In this document: piece by piece, positions 52,359-64,000 of the stretch
How positions within the stretch are numbered: the first letter of the stretch is position 1
Layout of the letters: every line of letters starts with the position of its first letter
Assembly: GCF_006345805.1 (NCBI RefSeq)
Contig: NC_043003.1
Span: forward strand, 86,614,001-86,678,000
From: Octopus sinensis
Lineage: Eukaryota
Direction of reading: 5' to 3'
DNA length: 64,000 nt
The notes under the pieces: generated by a model
Databases searched by the model: none
Told to the model about the DNA's origin: nothing
What the model saw: only the letters and a program-made list of their open reading frames with translations
Made by a program: the position numbers and the translations under genes

Positions 52359-54938
52359 AATATATATATACATACAAAACACACACATACATACGCACAC
52401 AGTCACACACACGCATATGTCTGTATATATATGTATATATATATATATAGCATGAAAACTACTGCAATTATTTGAAATAGGCAGTTTATGTTATGATTTG
52501 TATGTTGTAAATAAGTGTTAATTAACTATTTAGAAATGTAAACACGCAATTAAACAATTCATGGATTCATCATTTTTTTCAAATGGCAAAAACACGATTA
52601 AGTTTCTCATCTTTACTAAAGCTGCCGTACAGCATTACCTGGAGATATAAATGGACTTGTAGAACTTATCTTTTACAAACTCATGTAAAAAACTGTAAAA
52701 GGAAAATTGTAATTCTCTAAAGCTTATAGAGCTGTACTGTAGGTGGAGGCGCATGGCTAACTATATAAAGACGCATGCGTTTAAAACTACCTTTAATATC
52801 ACTGCTAATGCTCTAAAGACCTTTTCTTGGGAAAAGCAAATTGATTGATAACTTACGTTCACTAAGGAGAATTCACTGTTAGATTTCACAGTTAGATTTC
52901 AAGAGAGCTCTGAAAAGGCTGTGTTAGTAGGATGTTAGCCTATGGCAATCCTTACTCTTTTAAATATTTGCGCTCTCATATTACACTTGAAAGGGTTCAA
53001 GGATGCTTTCAGCTATATATTTCTAGTGAATATAGGAAAGGCATCGTGAAGATGTATTCGCAAATAAGTTAATGACGAGGCCAGCAGCCTTCTATAAACT
53101 TAATCAGAATTACTGTTACGGGACTTCCTTTAATCTTGCATAAAAGGGATATCCAGCAAGAATCTAGAATTATGGACGCCGAAAAACTATTCTGCAAATC
53201 TATATGGGTTTTATATATTTTATACATTTATAAAAGTACTTCTGCTTGCAAATGACTATAAAGTAGTCGCACATACGCCATAGTCTATAGAAAGGATCAT
53301 GCGTGCACGTTTGAGCGTGTTTGTGTGCGTTTGCATTTGTGTGCTTATTCTTGCGTCGTTTGTACGTAGGGGGATGCATAAGTACATCTGTATATGTATG
53401 TTTGTCTAGATAAAGTAAAGTGTTACCTCGAGTAGATACCATTATGTCATAAAATACTTCAAAAGCAGTTCTCCTACTGGCCACAATCAAAAAGTTAAAC
53501 CCAAAAATTTTTAAAGAATGAAATTAGGGATTCATCAGATTCTTACTCAGCGTTTGAGTTAATGTAGAAATATAATATGATTTCATATCCTTTCTAATAT
53601 AATATGATTTCATATCCTTTCTACTTAGTATTCCACTGATTCCTCTCAGTATATTAGTAGAACTTAACAAATATGAATGACGGAAGTTAAATTTGCCTGA
53701 ATTTACAACTCAGGAAGCAGAGTCGTGACATTAAATTCTGTGAAGTATTTTCTTTTATGTTATACAGTTTCAGTAAACAAGTTGATTATGGCAAATATAA
53801 AATCATATTTTCGTCAGATTGTCGAGTGTATGAGCGCTTTCTCTTATTCGAATACAATTCTATTGAACATTTTTGCCATATGCTAATTTCATTGCTAAAT
53901 CGAATCACACTTGGAAATGAAAGCTTCATTGTCATATGTCTCCATTATGCAAATTAATTTTCTATCTCCGAATTAAGCTTGTTTCCTTCGCAATTGAATT
54001 ATCCTGCCTTCATCCTTCCTGAGTTTTATTCATTGGTTGGTTATAATCTTCACTTTTCTACTGTACTCTGTTAAGAATTAAAGATAATTTTATTTGGTGC
54101 ATCAAACTCCAACCTCTAGAAAGCTTACTCCTGCTTGTAATATCACACCAAGCACAAAGCAATTCAACACATAACACTAAAAGAAAACTGTCGTATGTTA
54201 CGCCATACAAGTGGAATTTTTCAAGCCAAAATTTACAACCAAAAATGATGGGTTGACTTGTACAGCAAGACGATTTTGGTAGACAAAATATGCCGACATA
54301 ATATACTACATTGAAATTTATGCCGGAAAATACCATAATTGATCGCCATTATCACCCCAAGAAATATGTGCTAAGACGTGCCTCACCAGTGACAAATACA
54401 GAGGAAGAGAACTTGTCTCTCTCCGAAATACTCCACCATATTCTCTCTCATTGTAGTCACCATCACCAGTAACTACAAGCTCCTTTATTGTTGCATGAAT
54501 TGCTGATAATATTTAATCGACGAAATGCATGGAACATGGCTAATATGATACTAATCAACGAGTGAACTTCACATTAAATTTACTATTTCTTTTCATTTAT
54601 TAATAGACCACACCAAGTGAATTTTAAAGTCCCAAACAACAAACCTATACATACCCATATAAACACATATTCATACACACGCAAACAGACGCAGGCATGG
54701 TGCACTAGTAAGGAGCATGCTTTGCAACTTTCGGGTTCTGTACCACTGACTGGTACTTTGTGCAAATGTCTGCTACTATAGCTTTGGGCCAGCCAATGCT
54801 TTGTGAATGAATTTGATTGACAGTGGTTGCACATTAACAAATCATGTATATATATATATATATGGCTTCAAAGTCACTGTCAATAATATTCTTGCTAAAG
54901 AATGATATATATATATATATATATATACATTTATATAT

Positions 54939-55225
54939 GCCCAGTGGTTAGGGCAGCGGACTCGCGGTCGTAGGATCGCGGTTTCGATTCCCAGACCGGG
55001 CGTTGTGAGTGTTTATTGAGCGAAAATACCTAAAGTTCCACTCCACGAGGCTCAGGCAGGGGGTGGTGGCGATCCCTGCTGTACTCTTTCGCCACAACTT
55101 TCTCTCACTCTTTCTTCTGTTGGCCTGCTCGCTTAGCCAGCGGGGTGACGTCATTTCAAGGCTAAAACAATGCAAAGTGCATTGTGACCAGCGATGTATA
55201 ACAATATCTGATAGCCTGGTATATA
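54939..55225 (+). mobile_element. tRNA-derived SINE family C
   Basis: GCCCAGTGGTTAGGGCAGCGGACTCGCGGTCGTAGGATCGCGGTTTCGATTCCCAGACC (A and B boxes). Confidence 0.85.
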
Positions 55226-55369
55226 TAATATATATACATTTAGATATGTATATACATATATTTATATAGATATAATATGTATGTATATATATAAATATAT
55301 ATATATGCGCATATATACATATGTATATGCGTGTATGGAAGTATATATATGTGTGTGTGTGTGTATATT

Positions 55370-55401
<32 letters not shown>

Positions 55402-55633
55402 ATATATAAGATCCAGAGACCGAAGTATAGGAAGAAAGTTACCTTCAAGTAATCCGTAGTAAATATTAAAAAACAGCTTTCAAGGACAATAGTGGTTTAT
55501 CGAGACGGAAGATTGTGGATCTTTTCGTATCGAAGTACAACAAAATGAAAAAAGTTTTTTTTATATTTTACGGTGAGTGACCAAGCTTCCCGAGTGTGCG
55601 AATAAGAATACAAGACTTATGGAATGGTCTAGA

Positions 55634-55890
55634 TAAGATCTGGGCTACATATGTTTCATAACGAATGGAACCTCAGAAGTGATAAATATCCAAGCGAGAT
55701 GATACATGTTAACACATGGAAGATTCAGTCGGAATCTTCCATGTACTAACATGTATTTCCTTGCGACTATGTAAACTTTCATTTTATCAAGATATCCTTT
55801 GCCTGGGTGTAGCTGCGGTATACATCTCCCTTGGATATTTACCACTTCTGTGGCTCCGCTCGCTATGAAATATATATAGCCCGGATCTTA
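55634..55890. mobile_element. Branched fold-back element
   Basis: About 58-bp outer stem (55634-55692 / 55830-55890) enclosing hairpin 55702-55756; right half homologous to about 9935-10055. Confidence 0.75.
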
Positions 55891-55913
55891 TATATACTCC
55901 ATTCCTTAACTCT

Positions 55914-55974
<61 letters not shown>

Positions 55975-56101
55975 ATATATATATATATATTATATATATA
56001 TAATATATATATATACACACATTATATATATATATATACTTACACACCCACACATACATATGCATATATGCGTATATATATATATATACATATAAAATGT
56101 A

Positions 56102-56145
<44 letters not shown>

Positions 56146-56153
56146 ATATATAT

Positions 56154-56863
56154 GGATCTTTTCATTTGTGAAGCCAGTTTTTCCAAATTTTTCCTACTGA
56201 ACCAAACAATTTGAAACTTCGTATACTGGTAGAATGTGTCAAAAGTAAACTTAATTGTAAACCAGAATGAAAACGGAATTGTAACTTCTAAGTTTAACAT
56301 TGTTTAATAATTAGAATTTTAACCAATGGTATTCCGTCTTTCGGCTTCATATTATTTACTCCGTCTCGACCACCAATTTGGTGACGTAGTAAACATATGG
56401 TATGTAAACAAATGTAAACAAAACAATAACGATGAAATTTTTTACTCGGTGTATGTGTATATGTATGAATGTATGTATGTATGAATGTATGTATGTATGC
56501 GTGTATGTATCTATGTATGTGTGTGTGTGTGTATGTATATATGTATGTATGTGTGTGTATGTATGTGTGTGTGTATCTGTGTGTGTGTGTGTGTGTGTGT
56601 ATGTGCACAGTTGCCTACGTCACAAAACTGCTTTCTACGTCACACTAACAGAATGCAGTAACGTATTAAATATGAAAACAAGCAATCTCATTGGTTAAAA
56701 TTCGCAGTTTTAATCTACGATTAAAGTCATAAAATAGATTTTTCTCAAATAAACTAGTTCCAACCTGTGTCTTGTTTTGAAACACTGTACCAGTATACGA
56801 AGTTTCAAATTATTTAGTTAAGTAGAAAGATCTGGGCTCCTGGCCACACAATTGAAAAGATCC
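56154..56863. mobile_element. MITE with long imperfect TIRs and a microsatellite core
   Basis: GGATCTTTTCA / TGAAAAGATCC; AATTTGAAACTTCGTATACTGGTA / TACCAGTATACGAAGTTTCAAATT; TA flanks. Confidence 0.8.
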
Positions 56864-56930
56864 ATACATATATATATAGATATATACATATTATATATAT
56901 ATATATAAATAAATGTAAATACATATATAA

Positions 56931-57033
<103 letters not shown>

Positions 57034-57239
57034 AAAATAAGCAACAAGAATGAATCCGCTAATTTAGTACAAGTATTTCATACTACAACATTTTATTAAA
57101 AGCTGTAAATATTACAGAAGATTTAAGATGCCGAGTAATCTTCAACTAATTTTATATAGGTTTTCCAATAATATAAAGTTCTCAAATCAATTAATAACAT
57201 CTTAGGGAAGGTAAATATACAGATAAAGATGTAGATATG

Positions 57240-57735
57240 AATCTTAGGAACATGAGGTAGTGTAGTTTGGATGCCAACTGACCAAAATCTTTTTTACAAC
57301 TGACTGTTGTAAGAAAATTTCTTTAGTTATAAGGATAGGGGTAGGGGCAGGTCAAGAATTCAAGTTAGTTGAAGAAAAGAAGAGGAAAAAGAGATGTAAA
57401 AGAAGAACAGATTGTCACTAGACTAAAGGGTCAATTTATTTATGTGGTGACAAAAAATTTAGGTCAGTGTAGAAAGATCAATAAATTCTTAGGAACATAT
57501 GAGGTAGTAGGTCAGCTACTAACTGACCAAACCTTACTTTCAACTGAAAGCCATCCGAATATTTTGGTAGGAATTTAGGTAAGGGGATGTGAAAAATACT
57601 GTAAAAGGGGTTTAAGTTAGTTGCAGAAAAAATACATGAAGAGAATTTAGGTTGTCACTAGAACAGAAAGCTATTTATTTTTATGTGGTGAGAAAAAATC
57701 TAGGTCAATGTTCAGAGGTCAATTAAATTCTTTTA
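57240..57735. repeat. About 243-bp diverged tandem dimer
   Basis: TCTTAGGAACAT at 57242/57487; TTGTCACTAG and TATGTGGTGA landmarks about 240 nt apart. Confidence 0.8.
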
Positions 57736-57809
57736 CAAAGGGTAGGGGAACAAAACCTCATCTAATTTATAGTAGGTATCGTATTTTATAACTGGGGGAA
57801 TGGTATTAA

Positions 57810-59380
57810 ATGATATTAAATTACATCTTTCCCCAAATCTATTCTAATTTTAACATGCAACCTACAAGAAACACTCAAAATCTTTCTAGTTTGAACTTCC
57901 ATAAGGCAAAATGGAAACAAATTGAGAAAGAGATCCTCAAACAAAACTGGCCTAAATGTCTCTCCTCGCCGGACATTGACATGAAACTTCAACAATTCAT
58001 ATGTGTATTGCTAGCTATATCCTACAAATGTGTTCCGGATAGAAATGTCACTATACACAAGAACAAAATCCCCAGGGAGAGGAAAATTCTTATGAGACGG
58101 CGTACAAAAATTTCAAATCGCCAAAACAAAAAAAAATTGGAAGCAGTGAAAAATCCCGCCCGAAAATAAAACCGCTGAAGATTGAAAAAATCTGCAACCT
58201 TCCCTTGAAAAAGAAAGAAGCCTGGGCTATAGACAATATAAAATATAACTCTAGAACCTTCTACAAGTTTGCCAAAGCAACAGTCTCAGTGCACTGCAGG
58301 ATAGGGCCACTCTTCGAAAAAAATGGCTCACTCCCAGGAAACACGAGGATAAGTGAAATACTAAATGAGCAATTCAAAAGTGTTTTCACTTCACCCCTAG
58401 GACACTTGGAAGTCAGCAATCCGACTCTTTTACCACTGTAGATATATAAAAAAGAGGCAGTGTTGATTGATTGTATTAATATAAAAGATGGTGTAATAAG
58501 GGATATAGATGAAATGAACTACTGTTCATAGTGACAATCACAGATATTCCCTCACCCTCACAGAGAGCCACGATCACAAGTTATGCAGATGATACAAAAT
58601 CTCACAGGTGATACAGAACACTGAAGACGCTATGCACCCGCCATGTGAGTTGGATGAAATATACAAGTGGATTGAGAAGAATAGCATGAAATTTAGGCAG
58701 CTGACCGGATGGATTCTTAGAACTTATACAACGAGAGATCAGGAAACCCTGATGGTCCTCTAGAGGACATTTGTCCTAAGCTCCTTTGACTAGCTATGGT
58801 AATCAGTATGGTCACCAACCAATGTAAAATTAATTTCAGAACTTCAGGCAATTCAACGAAGCTACACGAAAAATTTAACCTCTATGCAACATACAAGCAA
58901 GTGGGAAAAACTCAAGAGATTGAGACTTTATTCCCTAGAGCGTAGGTGAGAAGGATATGCTATAATATACATCTTGAAGATCCTAGAGGGACTTGTCCCA
59001 AACTTTGTCATCGAGAGTTACACTAATGCTAGAACAGGGCGCCACTGCATAGTGCCAAAGACTCCAATTTTGCCGTCAAGATATAAGAAAAGATGTTGCA
59101 GCAGCCTGGGCTTTAAAGGCCCACAGCTCTTCAATATACTCCCGAAGAACCTGAAATACCTACATGGGGTGATGTAAATGTATTCAAAACGAAACTAGAG
59201 CTCTTACTGTCAAGTGTCTCAGATAAACAAACTTTGCAGCAGGAAGTGCAGATGGGGCAGCGGCATCAAACTTCTACATGCATCACACGTCAATTTCAAA
59301 AAAAAAAATAGTGATGTAAAATTATGTAGCAACACTAAATGGCGGTGCCCCAGCATAGCCACAGCTCATGAGCTGAAACC
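57810..59380 (+). pseudogene. CR1/L2-like LINE, decayed and internally deleted, with 3' tail
   Basis: LNFHKAKW, FYKFAK, YADDTK (about 58583), GWILRT, YILKILEGLVPN. Confidence 0.85.
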
Positions 59381-59559
59381 AGACCAGATCAAATCATATA
59401 AAATGCGAATTGTTTTGATTTGCTACTTTAACTCATCCGAAACTATCCAACAGAACTTGATGAATCTTAACACGTGTGTGGGACTTATGCCCATGCGGTC
59501 ACTTACACACTTGGAATTTTTAAAAAATCGATTTTCAATCAACATCGATTTTTCAAAAT

Positions 59560-60421
59560 CGTAAAGTTTCCGCTTATTTTGCACTAGCCATCGTGATATC
59601 AATTTTACGAAAAATGCAGAAATTTGACGAGAAATGTGTCATGGGTATAAACAGATAGCTTCTTAACGGTAATCTATTTAGCATTTGCAAATTCTTTATT
59701 TCAATGCGAATTGTTTTCATTTGCTAAAACTTATTATTTCAATTCCTTGTTTCAATTCCCCAGCGTTTCAAGCTTTAAATAGGTAAGTGCATTTTATTTC
59801 TCAAACACAGTTTAGGCATTCTGCGAACTAGTCGTTGTGACATCAATTTAATGAAATCTGCCCCAAAGCGTAAAATTTCGCCATTTTGCGTACATGCACA
59901 AAATTGACGACGACGCGGGTTTGCTGCCAGACTCTGTTCAGTTTTTCATCAAATTGGTCCTACCTATTAATAAAGATTTCAATTTTTTTTTTTAAATGGC
60001 AAAATTTAACGAAAAATATTTCATAGCTATCTTATTAACGGTAATTTATAAATAAATTTTCTAATTCTGCATTTTATTGCGAATTGTTTTCATTTGCTAA
60101 AACTTATTATTTCTATTCGTTGTTTTCATTCTCCTGCGTTTCAGATTCTGATTACGTAAGAGCATTTTATTTCTCAAGCTAAATTTAGGCATTTTGCGCA
60201 CTAGCCGTCGGGACTTCAATTTGACGAAATCTGCCCCAAAGCGTAAAGCTTCGCCATTTTACGCACATGCATAAAAATGACGACAACACAAGATCGCTAC
60301 CAGATTCTGCTCATTTTTCCGTCAAATTGTTCGTACCCATTAATATAGATTTTTAATTTTTGAAAAATGTCGAAATTTGACGGAAAATGTTTCATGGCTA
60401 TCAACAGACATCTTATTAACG
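59560..60421. repeat. About 373-bp diverged tandem repeat (about 2.3 copies)
   Basis: GCGAATTGTTTTCATTTGCTAAAACTTATTATTTC at 59706 and 60079. Confidence 0.88.
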
Positions 60422-60445
60422 TGTGTGTGTGTATGAATATATATA

Positions 60446-62120
<1,675 letters not shown>

Positions 62121-62784
62121 TGTATGTATGTATGTATGCATAAGTTTCTGCCTTCTCTCTATTCCTTCTCTTTGTCTCTGCCTCTTTCTTGAGCTGTTGC
62201 AATTATCTGCCAAATATTGCTTAGCTTACATCTGACCGTCTTAAAATAAAGAGTAAATAAGAACTATTAACGACAGAATAGACAAACTGGAATGGTTTTC
62301 ATCATCTGCCTGTTCTATTTATCTCTTGTGGTATTAAACAACCACAGAAGCAAACAATAGGATAATTTGAAATACATTTCTCTTTCATATGATTACTCTA
62401 TAAAATGAAAAGAAAATGAAAACTTTTATCTGATCACGCTCTAAATTAATTGTCTAGTTAATATCATATAAATTTATACCATCTAATGTGAAGCTATATG
62501 GAAGTAAATACGACCTGTCACAAGCAGAGGTTCAAAATGTAGTTATTACGTCGGCTTTTAGCAGCATGATGGGATAATGTTAAACCAAAATATGGTAATG
62601 TAATTTATGAACGACCACCAGCAAACAAATTACAAAAATAAAACTTACGTGGAATAAGTGTCATATCAGTACATTCAACTTAGAGGTGAGCAATGATTAT
62701 AGAAATTGTTATACTGAATATATTGGGTAGTTAGATAAATTCGTTCGCTTTTGTTTTTTTGTATTTTTAATGTTCCTTTGTCTT

Positions 62785-63185
62785 TTATCTTTTACTTTTT
62801 GCAGTCATTAGATTGCGACCATGCTGGGGCACCGCCTTGAAGAATGTTGAAGTCGAATGAATCGACTTCTGTAATTATTTTCTTTTTAAGACCTGGTATT
62901 TTTACTATCGGGCTATTTTGCCGAACCGCTAAGGTACTGGGACGTAAACACATCAACACGGGTTGTCTAGCATTGTGGAGAGGAACAAAAACAGGCAAAA
63001 AGGCACACATGCACGCGCGCATATACATATATGTTTATATATACGACAGACATCTAGCTTCCGTCTACCACTCACAAGGCCTTTGGGTCATTGTAGAAGA
63101 CACTTGCCTAAGGTACCACGCAGTGGGACTGAACCCGGAAGCATGTGGTTGAGAAGCAAACTCTTTACAATACAGCCACGCCTTA
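62785..63185 (-). mobile_element. SINE family B, near full length
   Basis: Reverse complement collinear with 29136-29540. Confidence 0.88.
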
Positions 63186-63339
63186 TTTAAAATAACACGA
63201 AAAATATTTTTATCGTAGTGTCCTTTTTTTTAGCACTATCCTTCTATAAATTTTGTTTATCGGTTTTGAAATTTCAATAAATGTTAACCTTACTCAGATA
63301 TTTGACAATGGATTGCCAGTTAAGAAAAAAATTAGCATT

Positions 63340-63720
63340 TTCCACACCTGTTTCTCTTTGCTTTCCATCAAGGTTCCAGATCTGCCAAAACTGATCGATA
63401 CATCTATACTGTGTACAGAGAAAGCATTATTACAGGAAGAACTGTAAGGAAAGGATTTTTATGATTCAAGATGGGGAATTTCGACCTCACAGACTCTCCA
63501 TGTTCCAGCCGACCTGTTCAGCTTAACGAAGATCGATTGAATGATCTCATCCACGAAGTTCTGCGGCAATCCATTAGCGAAATTGGTCTAGTAGATGTGA
63601 TATTCTCAAGACTCCTGTCACCTTCATTCGATAGGAAACCCAACCGATTCGATAAGCAATACTGCGTGTTTCTTCAAAACGGCAACGGTTGCCCCGATGC
63701 CACTAATTTGACCAAAATAC
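63340..63720 (+). mobile_element. Hsmar1-like mariner N-terminal fragment
   Basis: VYRESIITGRTVRK..RFKMGNFDLTDSPCSSRPVQLNEDRLNDLIHE (HTH). Confidence 0.75.
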
Positions 63721-63789
63721 TATTCAAGTGCTGCTGTATCCATCCTGTTCTCATCATCGCCATTTTCAGTCGGTCTCCAACATTATTCC

Positions 63790-63890
63790 ATAGTAGTGAA
63801 CATTTGCCCAAACTGTCACGCAGTAGAACTGAACCTGAAACCATGTGGTTTGGAAGCAAACTTCTTACCACACAGCTACGCCTGCACCTT
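63790..63890 (-). mobile_element. SINE family B head
   Basis: GGCGTAGCTGTGTGGTAAGAAG..CACATGGTTTCAGGTTCAGTTC. Confidence 0.8.
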
Positions 63891-63917
63891 ACAGCCACAC
63901 AACCCCACACCCGCCCC

Positions 63918-63954
<37 letters not shown>

Positions 63955-64000
63955 ATGTATATGTGTATATATATAATCAAACGTACACACACACATACAC

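Noticed and set aside
54058-54500. Open minus-strand frames as host exons
   Set aside because: No recognisable homology or partner exons; stops nearby.
54939-55000. Functional tRNA gene
   Set aside because: No acceptor stem or Pol III terminator; it continues into a SINE body.

Overview
This is AT-rich, microsatellite-dense animal DNA. Its tRNA-derived SINEs and repeat style look like an octopus genome, which is an inference. I find no supportable host exon, and most ORF-track entries are translated microsatellites. The window is layered mobile-element debris: tRNA-SINEs of three types; mariner, maT and Tc1 DNA transposons; R4/Dong-like, RTE and CR1-like LINE fragments; a solo LTR; fold-back MITEs; and a Penelope-like element (PLE) with inverted pseudo-LTRs. 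The standout is a non-coding 494-bp tandem array at 26584-28155, inserted in (TA)n. Each full unit carries an intact type I hammerhead ribozyme (HHR) with a palindromic stem III, and the array has a 5'-inverted arm. It looks like a retrozyme (ribozyme-processed, possibly circular RNA) insertion. Ten further intact or decayed type I hammerheads occur in other TA-flanked islands, including both ends of the PLE, a plausible helper. All RNA folds were done by eye; nothing was computed or searched.
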